In this document: positions 51,101-60,170 of the stretch, one piece after another
Layout of the letters: every line of letters begins with the position of its first letter
Numbering within the stretch: position 1 is the stretch's first letter
Assembly: GCA_963809895.1 (NCBI GenBank)
Contig: CAWELD010000003.1
Location: 2,976,001-3,040,000, forward strand
DNA length: 64,000 nt
Source: an uncultured Gemmatimonadales bacterium
Lineage (GTDB): Bacteria > Gemmatimonadota > Gemmatimonadetes > Longimicrobiales > Gaopeijiaceae
Direction of reading: 5' to 3'
The notes under the pieces: generated by a model
The model's database searches: none
What the model was told of the DNA's origin: nothing
Seen by the model: the letters and a program-made list of their open reading frames with translations, nothing else
Program-made: the position numbers and the translations under genes

Positions 51101-51381
51101 GGGAACCAGTTCTCGCCGCCGTCGGTGGTCTTCCAGAGCCCACCACCGACGGCCCCGAAATAGGCGACATCGGGCTGGCCGCGCACCCCGGTGGCCGCGA
51201 TGGAGCGCCCGCCGCGATCGGGTCCGATGTTGCGCCACTGGAAGTTGCTCAGCACCGCGGAGTCGAGAACGAGGCCTCCGGAGGCCATTTGCTGAGCAGG
51301 AAGCACGCCGGGAGCCGCCAGCAGGGCGACCAGGGCAGCGGCGGATAGCGAAGGCGATGTGACGATTCGCGTTCGAGTCAT
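48157..51381 (-). CDS. Second secreted VPS10/sortilin-like BNR-repeat protein
   Basis: WRNIGPDRGGR, repeated KSTDGGxTW, RSFYY, HGDFH, GAQQDN, RWQWTFP, ASHGRG. Confidence 0.9.
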   Translation of the reverse strand: MTRTRIVTSPSLSAAALVALLAAPGVLPAQQMASGGLVLDSAVLSNFQWRNIGPDRGGRSIAATGVRGQPDVAYFGAVGGGLWKTTDGGENWFPVTDHQVTSASVGAVAVSETDPNIVFIGMGESAIRGNIMPGDGIYKSTDAGETWTHVGFRDVDAISKIRIHPTNPDIVFAAVFGEYGVSSPERGVFKSTDGGDTWRKVLFRNDSTGAVDISIDRNNPDVVYAALWQAYRTEYKMSSGGVGSGLFKSTDGGETWQELTRNPGLPAEGLVGRIGVSVSRANSDRVYALVENDEGGLFKSDDAGATWERMNDSRNIRQRSFYYTNVFADPMDQDVVYMENTSLYRSEDAGETMRSIRGTHGDFHDLWIDPDDPAHLVVANDGGGAVSTDTAASWTDQDFPTAQFYHVITTTKIPYDVCGAQQDNSTLCLPYDWNLGGGRGFGGGGGGGDDDNGYREVTAGAMNQAYAVGGGEPGYIAPDPNDFQLFFSGDNNGGYIDKYDHALGTHREVNPYPWFYSGEPSEDIRERWQWTFPIIFSPVDHQTLYTSSQRLWSSKDGGRTWTALSGDLTRHDPSTMGPSGGPITHDMNGPEVYAVIFSVAPGKRNMNVIWTGSDDGLIHVTRDGGQTWTDVTPPDMPDFGRVSQIDASSFSDGAAYVAVKRPLLDDQAPYIYRTHDYGQTWEKTVSGIRPDAYVHAVREDPNRQGLLYAATQHGVYISYDDGDSWQDLTNNMPDLPVVDLVVEKNELVIASHGRGFWVLDDIAPLRQAMAQIATADVTLFDPPVAVRSGPDVTISWWMKDAAESAKLEIVDSTGAVLRTFVPDTTTPDSAQGGGGPRRFGGGGPWLSNEAGLNTLRWNLEGESWKSFPGMIFWGARPMGPTAPPGRYTVRLTADGETVTAPLMVEGNPWIPEVTDADMRAQYEFSRMVRDRVNDANEAVIAIRRVKAQLDNRLEESDDGRLHSAGDALDKNASAVEADIYQVKNQSGQDPLNFPIRVNNRLANLMAMAERGDGRPNNNMPEIFRIMSNRLEGYLDRLQEIWNSDLADVNRELERLNLPAIDPQCDKPEGCRLVM

Positions 51382-51453
51382 GATGTGGATCCGGGAAGTC
51401 GGGGGACGAGTGCGCGGAGGCGAAAGTAGGCCGTGCGCCCTCCGCGGGCGAGA

Positions 51454-53785
51454 TCAGCGCCCGGGACCGCCCTGCGCCGAGGCCGCCACCCTCTCCTCGA
51501 TCCATCGTACCGCGGCCTCCAGATCTTCGTCCCGACCCTGCCTGGCGGCCGCGACCGTGCGCCTCACCGGGACGGTGGGAAGCACGCCGATGCCCTGATG
51601 CCGGGAGCCGTCCGGCTTCAAGTAACGCATGCCGGTCCAGCTCACCGTGTACCCACCCGGGAGATCGAAGGGATTCACGTTCCCCGTCACGCCCGCGGTG
51701 GGGCGTCCCACGATGGCGCCGAGTCCGTAGGCCTCGACCAGGCCCAGGATCCCCTCCGGAAAGCTCACGGCACGGGCATCGCTGAGAAACGCGACTTCGC
51801 CGGTGAGCCGCGGCCCCCTGGGTGCGATCGCCCATGCTCCCGAGCGCCAACCGACGAGCCCCTCCCGGTCCGGACGAATGATCCGGGGCACGTCCCAGTA
51901 CTCGGAGCGCAGCGTGTCGGCGCTCAGATGCCCCAGAATCTCACGGACATCGTTGTCCGTGGGATAGCCTCTCAGGTCGAAGACGACGCCGCGGGCCGTG
52001 GCGAGCTCGTCGATGCGAGACTCGATGTCGACCATGCGGGTCCTTGTGAGGTCCACGTAGACGACCCCCGGGACCAATTCGCTGAAGTCCGCCGGCCGGA
52101 AGGCTCGCGGCGAGCCGTCGGCATCGCGGACGCGGGACGTCGTCACCGACTCGCCGCCTCGATCGACCCGCAAACGGACCTCGGTGCCCGGGTCGCCGCG
52201 CGCGAAGCCCCTGAACGGATGTGTCAGGGCGCGATGGTGCTTCCAACCGTCCGAGCCGGACACCTCCATCATGGCGTCCTGGAGCCAGTCGTTCGCCGAC
52301 TGGCCGTCGATGGAGAGGATCACGTCGCCGGGACGCGCGGTCGTGGAATCTTCGCTGGACGTCACCACGACGCGGTCCTGGATCCAATCCACCGTCACGG
52401 GAATCCCTCGCCAGGCCCGGAACAGCGGATGGAATACGTCCGCGTGAGCATCGTCCAGCGGCTCGAGCATGCGCGTGAGCGTGCCGTGGAAGTCCAACGC
52501 CCCCGTATCCCGTCGCGCCTCGAGCAGCGCCCCGGTGAGCGCCGCGTCCCAATCCACGTCCACCACGTCGAAGTACGGATAGAAGTGCTGGATCACGTTC
52601 CAGGTGATCAGGAGGTCCGCGAAGCGCACCGCGGCCTCCGATGCGTCCACCGCACCCGAGTCGACGGAGTCCAGTGCCGCGCGCAGACGTCGTAGGGCGG
52701 CTCCGGAGGCAGAGGGATAGGTGCTGTCGGCGTCGCCGTACAGGGCCAGGGGGACCCAGGCCCTGAGGCCTCGGCCGAGCGAGGCGTCCGTCGCCTCGCC
52801 CACGTCGGGATGCTCGGCGAACAGCGGCTCGGCGACCGCCTGTCGGTCCAGCGCCAGCACCAGCGTCGGTCCGCTCCCCTCGTCGCGAACGACCTCGATC
52901 CGATGCTCTCCACCACGGCTCCCCATGCTCCAGCCGCCGTCCGCCACGGTCGAGGGCTCCGGCGGCAGGGAGGCGAAGCCGGTGTCCAGCCCTGCGACGT
53001 CGCGCCACCCGTCATCGGTCTCCACCTGCAGGCGGAGGTGCACGCACCCGGGCTTCGCCCACGCCCACCAGCACGGCGGCCAGCGTGATGGTGGTGGCGT
53101 CGTCGGCCGCCGGCCCGACGATCTCGTAGCTGGACCACTCCGGTGACGTGATGGGTCGATCCTGCATGAGATCGGAGAACCCCCGGCCCGACTCCCGTCC
53201 GATCACCATGGCCAGGTGCAGCCGAGCCGGACCCTCCGCCTGCATGCGTGCCTCGGCCATCAGGCGCAGCCGCTTTCCCCGTACCGTTTCGGCGTCCACC
53301 TGCGCGTAGACCTGCCCCTCCGGCTCCACGCCGGGCTCCGGGCGATTCAGCCGGATGCTCCGGTACTGCCCCTGGGGCGCGAGCTGGACGCCCTCGTGCT
53401 GCCATGCCACGATGTCGAAGCCCATCGTGTCCGGCGGGACCAGCGAAGGCTGCTCCGGTGTGTCGCCCGTGCGGTAGATCCGAATCGCGGGCGCGATGGG
53501 ATGGAAGAGCTCCCTCAGGATCGTGGCGAGCTCACCGGGCGTGCGGGCAGCCGCGGTCCTCCGGGCACCGTACACCGCGAAACGACCCCAATCCGTGGCC
53601 GCCGCCTCGTCGCTGGGATGGAACCAGCGCACGTACCCGTAGAGCCTGGCGAATGCGCTCAGGTTCTGGACGGAGACGTCGGCCGCCACGGCCCCGGACG
53701 AAGCGCTCGTCTGTGCGCGACAGGACGGCCCTCCCAGAAGGACCACCAGGAATGCTGCGAGCTTCAGCAGCGCGCGTCGCGGCAT
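51454..53785 (-). pseudogene. S41-family peptidase split by a one-base frameshift near 53040 (or sequencing error)
   Basis: N-part: signal peptide, NLSAFARLYGYVRWFHPSDEAA. C-part: WNVIQHFYPYFD, LDDAH, FDLRGYP, AVSFPE, PTAGVTGN, HQGIGVLP. Frames overlap at 53012-53043. Confidence 0.8.
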
Positions 53786-53969
53786 CGTCCACCTCCTCCA
53801 CAGCGGTGCCCGGCAGCGACCGCTGGCCTGTCGACCGGAACAGGCACCCGCCAAGCTTACCTACGGCTATGCCATCACAGGCAAGGTACGGCCGCGCGCG
53901 CGCATCGAGCCGTAGGACATGCTCCCCGCGTCGCGTGGGGATGCTCCGCACAAACTGGTATGCTCCGGG

Positions 53970-53999
53970 GGCCGGACCGCTCGCCCTCGCGGTCCGGTC
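53970..53999 (-). terminator. Hairpin downstream of the amidase
   Basis: GGCCGGACCGC-N8-GCGGTCCGGTC. Confidence 0.5.
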
Positions 54000-54016
54000 T
54001 GCACTCCGTCGGCCCG

Positions 54017-55711
54017 CTACTCCACCGCGTTCCGCAGATCCAGCGACAGCGGCAGCCGGGGCGCCCGGCGGTGATGAGTCGCCTGCTCGTAGGCGTAGGC
54101 GAGGCGGAGCAGGGTGGGCTCGCTCCAGGCCCGCCCGAAGAAGAGGATCCCCACCGGCAATCCCATGACATAGCCGTTGGGCACGGTGATGCTGGGATAG
54201 CCCGCGATGGCGGCGGGTCCCGAGCTCCCTCCGCTGGATCCGCCCATGTTCACCAGGTCGGTGAGCCAGGCCGGACGCGTCGTAGGTGCCACGATGGCGT
54301 CCAGAGAATGCTCGGCCATGAGGGCGTCGATGCCCTCGTCGCGGGAGTACCTGTGCATGGCCGCCAACGCCTCCAGGTACTCCGGATCGGTGAGGGGCCC
54401 CGCCGCTTCCGAGCGCAGGAAGATCTCCTGGCCGAAGAACGGCATCTCCTCGCTGGCGTGCTCCTCGTTGAAGGCGATCAGGTCGGCCAGGGAATGCACC
54501 CGGAAATCCGGGGGCAGGTCGGCGAGATACGCGTTCAGGTCGGCTTTGAACTCGTAACGGAGCACCGTGCTCGACGGACGCCCCATCTCACGGCGCGTCG
54601 TCAGGTTGGCCGGATCCATGATGGTGGCGCCGGCCTCGGACATCACCCGGAGCGCATCTTCCATGAGAGCATCTACGCGGTCGTCGTTGCCGAAGAAGCT
54701 CCGCTCCACCCCGATGCGAGCACCCCGGAGGCCTTCCGCGTCCAGGAACTGCGTGTAGTCGCTGAAGCTGTTCCCACGGGCCGCAGCGGTCGCCTCGTCT
54801 CGGGGATCGACACCCACCAGCGCACCCAGCACCGTGGCCGCATCGCGCACCGCGCGGGCCATGGGCCCGGCGGTGTCCTGGCTGTGGGCGATGGGGATGA
54901 TCCCGGCACGGCTCACCAACCCCACCGTCGGCTTGATCCCCACCACTCCGTTGATGGACGACGGACAGACCACCGAGCCGTTGGTCTCCGTGCCGATGGC
55001 GGCGGCGCAGAAGTTGGCCGATGCCGCCGCGCCCGAGCCGGACGAGGAGCCGCACGGATTCCGGTCCACCGCGTACGGATTGCCACACTGACCCCCGCGG
55101 CCCGACCACCCCGACGAGGATCTCGTGGACCGATAGTTGGCCCACTCGGAGAGGTTCGCCTTGCCCAGGATGATCGCGCCGGCGGCCCGCAGTCGCTCGG
55201 CCACGAACGAATCCCGCGCGGCGAAGTGCCCGGCCAGAGCCAGCGATCCCGCCGCCGTCACCATGCCATCGGCGGTGTCGATGTTGTCCTTCACCAGAAT
55301 GGGAATCCCGTGAAGCGGCCCCCGCAGGTTTCCCGCCTGACGCTCCCGGTCGAGTTGCTCGGCGAGGTCCATGGCCTCGGGATTCGTCTCGATCACGGCG
55401 CGGAGGCGCGGCCCCTGTCGGTCCAGCGCCTCGATGCGCCCGAGGTAGAGCTCCGTGATGGCGCGCGACGTCCAGCGGCCCGACTCCATGCCCGCCAGGA
55501 GGTCCGCGATGGGGACCTCCTCGAGCTCGAAGGTCTCGTCCATCCAGGGCTGGTCGTCGCCGGCGCGCGAGGAGGCGCGCACGCCGTCGTCGGGTGTCGA
55601 ACACCCCGCGGCGGTCCCCGAAGCCAGGGCCGCCGCCCCCAGCCCGCTCACCTTCAGGAAGTCGCGACGGTTCAGGTCGGACGGCTTCGTGGTCGGATCG
55701 TGCGCAGCCAT
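54017..55711 (-). CDS. Amidase-signature family enzyme, Tat-exported probable lipoprotein
   Basis: NRRDFLK twin-arginine motif, AAGC; LHGIPILVKDN, GKANLSEW, CGSSSGSG, IGTETNGSVVCP, SQDTAGP. Confidence 0.93.
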   Translation of the reverse strand: MAAHDPTTKPSDLNRRDFLKVSGLGAAALASGTAAGCSTPDDGVRASSRAGDDQPWMDETFELEEVPIADLLAGMESGRWTSRAITELYLGRIEALDRQGPRLRAVIETNPEAMDLAEQLDRERQAGNLRGPLHGIPILVKDNIDTADGMVTAAGSLALAGHFAARDSFVAERLRAAGAIILGKANLSEWANYRSTRSSSGWSGRGGQCGNPYAVDRNPCGSSSGSGAAASANFCAAAIGTETNGSVVCPSSINGVVGIKPTVGLVSRAGIIPIAHSQDTAGPMARAVRDAATVLGALVGVDPRDEATAAARGNSFSDYTQFLDAEGLRGARIGVERSFFGNDDRVDALMEDALRVMSEAGATIMDPANLTTRREMGRPSSTVLRYEFKADLNAYLADLPPDFRVHSLADLIAFNEEHASEEMPFFGQEIFLRSEAAGPLTDPEYLEALAAMHRYSRDEGIDALMAEHSLDAIVAPTTRPAWLTDLVNMGGSSGGSSGPAAIAGYPSITVPNGYVMGLPVGILFFGRAWSEPTLLRLAYAYEQATHHRRAPRLPLSLDLRNAVE

Positions 55712-55855
55712 GATCGGCACCCTCTGGAGAAAGCCCGCCACACGGGGCCGCGGGCCGGAGTCGAGGACCTCCATCCCGCGTCCGGAGCCGCAGCCTGAGG
55801 GGTCAACCTGCGCTGCAGGTCCGGTCACGAGCAAGCCGGGTCGGGACCGTCCACT

Positions 55856-56446
55856 TCATCCTTCCACCCGGCGACGATCTGTGGGGCCCTCGGGCAGCGG
55901 GCTCAGCACCACCGTCACCTCGTGCATCCTCCCTTCCAGGGGATCAGGGCGAGAGCGACTGCGCCGAAAGATGCCGTGGATGGCCCGAATCGCCTGGTTG
56001 ACCTCGACGACCTCGGCCTCGGTGAGGCGCCCGCGAACGCGCGACGCCCAGTGGTTTCTCCGCGGCCCTTCGAGCTCGAGCGGAAGCTCGTCGTCGTCGA
56101 GGGCACCCGCGAAGCGCCGCTCCGCGCTCCTCAGCAGGGTGGCCACCGCGCTCACGATGGCCTCCACCGCGGGCCGGTCGTCCCGGTGATACCGGACCTC
56201 CACCGACGAGGCGGGCAGATCGACCACCATCCGGCGATCGTTTTCACGGTCGTGCCGCACCAGGAGTCCGGCCTCCAGAAGGAGATTCAGGTGATAGTAG
56301 AGCGTATCCGTCGGGCATCCCAGCGCGGCCGCCAGCTCCGGCACCGTCGAGGGTCCCGCGAAGTCGAGGTGGTCGACGATGTCCTGGCGGACCGTGGATC
56401 CCAGGAGGCGGATCTGCTCGGGGTCCTTCACCAGCAGTTCGTCCAT
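55856..56446 (-). CDS. ArsR-like (HTH_20) winged-helix regulator
   Basis: LGSTVRQDIVDHL...PSTVPELAAALG...LYYHLNLLLEAGLL. Confidence 0.85.
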   Translation of the reverse strand: MDELLVKDPEQIRLLGSTVRQDIVDHLDFAGPSTVPELAAALGCPTDTLYYHLNLLLEAGLLVRHDRENDRRMVVDLPASSVEVRYHRDDRPAVEAIVSAVATLLRSAERRFAGALDDDELPLELEGPRRNHWASRVRGRLTEAEVVEVNQAIRAIHGIFRRSRSRPDPLEGRMHEVTVVLSPLPEGPTDRRRVEG

Positions 56447-56555
56447 GATCGCTCAGGCGGTGGGAGGGGGCGTCGTTCGCCACGGCCGGCCTCGCGCCAT
56501 CCGGCGGCAGCAGGCCCGACCGTCGCCGCATCCCGGCGCTTGCGGCGTGCATGGC

Positions 56556-56581
56556 GTTGAAATTATCCTATAAATTACAAC
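56556..56581. promoter_or_regulatory. AT-rich imperfect palindrome, candidate operator between divergent genes
   Basis: GTTGAAATT-ATCCTATA-AATTACAAC in an otherwise very GC-rich context. Confidence 0.6.
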
Positions 56582-56617
56582 AACAGACAGCAATCGCGGC
56601 GTTTCGGGAGGTGGCGG

Positions 56618-57913
56618 ATGAGACGAGAGACGAGGTGGACGGCCACGGCCACGCCGATGGTCGCGGTTCTCGGGATGTTCGCTTGTGGAGGGCCTTCCGT
56701 CGATGACAGGATGGCCGTGGAGGCGGCCATCCCGGACCTGATGGCTCTGTACGGACGCGGCGATTTCTTCGATCTACGCGCGGCGCTGGACACCATCCCC
56801 ACGATGGACGTGCCCCGCTTGACGTTCCTGCGCGCCGTCGCAGCCAATGCCTTCAACGATCCCACCGCCTCCAATCGCGCACTGGAGTCTCTCGGCGACG
56901 CAACCGCTCTCGTCGACACTCTCCGGGTGCAGGCCTACCGGCTGCGCTTCCGCAACCACATGCGACTCGGTGAGTACGCGGCGGCTTCCACGGCGGCCGA
57001 GGCGCTCCTGGCCCTTCCGGCGGTGGATTCAGTGGTGCGGCGGGATGTGGAGAACGAAGCCCGCGCGGCGGCGGTCCTGGTGGATGCGCCGCCGCAACGA
57101 GTGGCGTCGAGAAGCACTTCGGAGATCCATCGCCTTCCGGACACGCGCGTGCCGGTTCAGGTGGGGGACTCGACGGGTCGCGGCTACGTCCTGGACACCG
57201 GCGCCAACCTTTCCGCCATGATGCGCTCCGAGGCCGAGGCTCTGGGCCTCCAGATTCGGAAGACCGACCTGGCCGTGGGCACCTCCACCGGATCCGAGGT
57301 CACCGCCGACCTCGCCGTGGCACCTCGCGTCCGGTTGGGAAACATCGAGCTGGAGAACGTCGTGTTCCTCGTCGTCCCGGACGAGATGCTCACTTTCGGA
57401 CCCGACTTCCGGATTCCCGGCATCATCGGCTTCCCCGTCATCGATGCCCTGGGGGAGGTGCAGTACGTGGGATCCGACGTGCTGCGCGTTCCCGGAGAGG
57501 TGCCGGCGCGGGAGCCCCACAATCTGGCGCTGGACTACCTCACACCTCTCATCGAGATCGAGGCTGCCCAACGACCGGCGATCTGCGACTTCGACACCGG
57601 TGCCAACCGGACCAGCCTGCACCTGCCCTTCTACGAACGCTATCGCCCGTGGGCCGAGGCCGAAGGGCACGCCGACACCATCCGCACCGCCGGCGCCGGT
57701 GGCGAGCGGAGGATCCCCGCCTTCGTGATCCCCGATCTCCGGGTCGCTCTGGGCGACACCGCCGTCACCTTGCACAGCGTGGCGGTCTACACCGAATCGG
57801 TGACGTCCGGCGGTGAGCAGCCGCGCGACTGCCGCCTGGGACTCGACGCCCTGGCCGGCTTCGCGGGCTACCTGCTCAACTTCCGCTCCATGACGTTCCT
57901 GCCGATCCGGTAG
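56618..57913 (+). CDS. Lipoprotein with tandem retropepsin-like aspartyl protease domains
   Basis: MFAC lipobox-like; VLDTGAN and FDTGAN; GIIG and RLGLD. Confidence 0.85.
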   Translation: MRRETRWTATATPMVAVLGMFACGGPSVDDRMAVEAAIPDLMALYGRGDFFDLRAALDTIPTMDVPRLTFLRAVAANAFNDPTASNRALESLGDATALVDTLRVQAYRLRFRNHMRLGEYAAASTAAEALLALPAVDSVVRRDVENEARAAAVLVDAPPQRVASRSTSEIHRLPDTRVPVQVGDSTGRGYVLDTGANLSAMMRSEAEALGLQIRKTDLAVGTSTGSEVTADLAVAPRVRLGNIELENVVFLVVPDEMLTFGPDFRIPGIIGFPVIDALGEVQYVGSDVLRVPGEVPAREPHNLALDYLTPLIEIEAAQRPAICDFDTGANRTSLHLPFYERYRPWAEAEGHADTIRTAGAGGERRIPAFVIPDLRVALGDTAVTLHSVAVYTESVTSGGEQPRDCRLGLDALAGFAGYLLNFRSMTFLPIR

Positions 57914-57993
57914 CGGGCCCGCCCGCCCGGGGTGACGGGGCCGGATGGAGTCTCGAAGATCGGTATCGACCCCGTCTTCGGGAGCTTCCGCTA

Positions 57994-58017
57994 CACCGTG
58001 GCAATATCGCCACGGTG
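57994..58017. repeat. Perfect hairpin resembling the palindromes flanking DUF559
   Basis: CACCGTGGC-AATATC-GCCACGGTG. Confidence 0.5.
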
Positions 58018-58288
58018 CGGTGCTTCTGCGATCCGATGGACGATTCTGAAGAAAACTTGTGTAACCCCCGGCCCGAGATGCATCTTGGTAGAGACGCGGG
58101 CTGAGGATCGCCCGCCAGGCATCCTCGAGATCTCCTGACGCGCCCCGAGACAGCGTCGATGTTCCGGCTGTCCGGGACCTCGAATCGCGACACCCACCTA
58201 CGCCGCGAAACGACTCCGAACCGAGCCCCTGGGGATTCCTGCACCCTTCGACGCCCGATACCGCCCCCCGACCCCGGACGTACCCGCC

Positions 58289-59050
58289 ATGAGATCCTCC
58301 CGAACTACCCGGACCTTCGCCGCAATCCTCATGAGCACGGCCGCCCTGGCCTGCTCCGACGACGACGCCACCGGTCCCGACGGCAGTGGCGTCGGCACCG
58401 TGATCCTCCAGTTCGATCACGTGGTGGCCGGAACGCCCCTCCAGATGAACACCGGCACGTACACCAACGCCGCCGGCAACGAGTACTCGGTGACGAAGCT
58501 CGAGTACACGATGTCGGACTTCACCTTGCAGGGCAGTGGCGGCAGCGCCTCGTTCGACGGCGTGCACTACCGCGACGCCAGCGACGGAACCACGGCGACC
58601 CTCACCATGACCGACGTGCCGGCAGGCACCTACACCAGTCTCCAGTTCACACACGGGATCGCGGGCAGCGACAACACCGCCGGCGCCTTTCCCGATCTGG
58701 ACAACGCCGGCATGGCGTGGCCCGCGATGATGGGCGGCGGCTACCACTACATGCGCAACGAGGGCACCTTCGCCATGGAGGGCGGCGGCACCGGAAACTT
58801 CACCACCCACACCGGCCCCTCCGGCGGCAACGACTTCTCCTTCCCCGTCTCGCTCACCCTGCCCGCGGCACTCGACCTCTCCGACGGCGCGACCGTGACG
58901 ATCCACGTGCAGATGGACGTCAACGAGTGGTACGTGAACCCGAACATGTGGGACTTCAACGACTACGGCCTGATCATGGGCAATCAGACCGCCCAGACCG
59001 CGCTGAAGGCCAACGGGGCCAGTGTCTGGTCGATCGCCTCGGTGAACTGA
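58289..59050 (+). CDS. MbnP-like lipoprotein
   Basis: ALACS lipobox; YTNAAGNEYSVTKLEYTMSDFTL, VPAGTYTSLQFTHGI, MAWPAMMGGGYHYMRNEG, THTG; directly upstream of a di-heme enzyme. Confidence 0.75.
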   Translation: MRSSRTTRTFAAILMSTAALACSDDDATGPDGSGVGTVILQFDHVVAGTPLQMNTGTYTNAAGNEYSVTKLEYTMSDFTLQGSGGSASFDGVHYRDASDGTTATLTMTDVPAGTYTSLQFTHGIAGSDNTAGAFPDLDNAGMAWPAMMGGGYHYMRNEGTFAMEGGGTGNFTTHTGPSGGNDFSFPVSLTLPAALDLSDGATVTIHVQMDVNEWYVNPNMWDFNDYGLIMGNQTAQTALKANGASVWSIASVN

Positions 59051-59052
59051 CG

Positions 59053-60114
59053 ATGAGGGTGCGAGACCCCATGTCCCTGGCGGCGTTCCTCGCCGTGGCG
59101 GCGTGCGCCGGCGGCGATGACGCGTCGGGACCGGAGCAGCCGCCGGCACCCGATCCCCTGGTCATCGACGTCCTGGGCCTCCCGCCCATGCCCCCCTTTC
59201 CGGACAACCCGACGACGGTCCAGGGCGTGGCGCTGGGACGCCGCCTCTTCCACGACCCGATTCTGTCCGGTGACGGCACGCAGTCGTGCGCGAGCTGCCA
59301 TCAGCAGGGGCGGGCCTTTGGCGACACCACGGCGGTGAGCCTGGGGATTCACGGCGATCCGGGGACCCGGAACGCGCAGGTGGTGGTGAACCCGGGCTGG
59401 CAGCAGTTCCAGTTCTGGGACGGGCGCCGGGGAAGCCTGGAAGACCAGGCCCGCGACCCGGTGGTGAATCCGGTGGAGATGGCCTCCGAGTGGTCGGAGG
59501 TGGAGGCGCGCATCGCCGCCGATCCCACGTATCCTCCCCTGTTCACGGCGGCCTTCGGCTCGTCGGACGTGACCCAGGATCGGGTGGTCATGGCCATCGC
59601 CCAGTTCGAGCGCACCTTCGTGTCGGCGAACTCGCGCTACGACCGCAAGCTCCGGGGAGAGGTCCAGTTCACGGAGGCGGAGGCACGAGGTGAGGCCCTC
59701 TTCTTCGACGAGAGGGCCGAGTGCTCGCACTGTCACGCGGGCCCCCTGCTCACCGACGGAGACTTCCACGACATCGGTCTGGACGTGGAGCCCGTGGATC
59801 AGGGGCGGGCCGAGGTCACGGAAGCCGACTTCGACCGGGGCAAGTTCAAGACGCCGACGCTCCGCAACGTGGCCCGCACGGCGCCCTACATGCACGACGG
59901 CCGCTTCAGCACGCTGGAAGAGGTGCTCGGTCACTACGCCGGCGATATCAAGCGCTCCACGAATCTGGACGCGACGTTGGGCGTGCATCTGAACGACGGG
60001 GGCACCGGACTGGGGCTGACCGCCGAGGAGCGGGCCGACCTGATCGCTTTCCTCAGGACCCTCACGGACGAAGAGTTCCTGACCAATCCGGCCTTCGGAC
60101 CACCGCCCGGCTGA
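59053..60114 (+). CDS. MbnH/MauG-like di-heme cytochrome c peroxidase-family lipoprotein
   Basis: LGRRLFHDPILSGD, CASCH, FWDGR, NPVEM, CSHCH, FKTPTLRN, PYMHDG; start 59053 or 59071. Confidence 0.92.
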   Translation: MRVRDPMSLAAFLAVAACAGGDDASGPEQPPAPDPLVIDVLGLPPMPPFPDNPTTVQGVALGRRLFHDPILSGDGTQSCASCHQQGRAFGDTTAVSLGIHGDPGTRNAQVVVNPGWQQFQFWDGRRGSLEDQARDPVVNPVEMASEWSEVEARIAADPTYPPLFTAAFGSSDVTQDRVVMAIAQFERTFVSANSRYDRKLRGEVQFTEAEARGEALFFDERAECSHCHAGPLLTDGDFHDIGLDVEPVDQGRAEVTEADFDRGKFKTPTLRNVARTAPYMHDGRFSTLEEVLGHYAGDIKRSTNLDATLGVHLNDGGTGLGLTAEERADLIAFLRTLTDEEFLTNPAFGPPPG

Positions 60115-60136
60115 GCTCCACCCGGGACCTCCCTTC

Positions 60137-60170
60137 GACCCGCCATCCTCTTCTGCGAGGGTGGCGGGTC
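60137..60170. terminator. 14-bp hairpin between convergent genes
   Basis: GACCCGCCATCCTC-TTCTGC-GAGGGTGGCGGGTC. Confidence 0.65.

Noticed and set aside
53012..53060. Programmed ribosomal frameshift or phase variation
   Set aside because: No slippery heptamer or homopolymer tract at the junction.
58159..59052. N-terminal extension of the di-heme peroxidase
   Set aside because: It is an Arg/His-rich off-frame reading of the MbnP-like gene; the signal peptide starts at 59053/59071.
58289..60114. Methanobactin biosynthetic cluster
   Set aside because: No precursor peptide, mbnB/C or transporter is adjacent.
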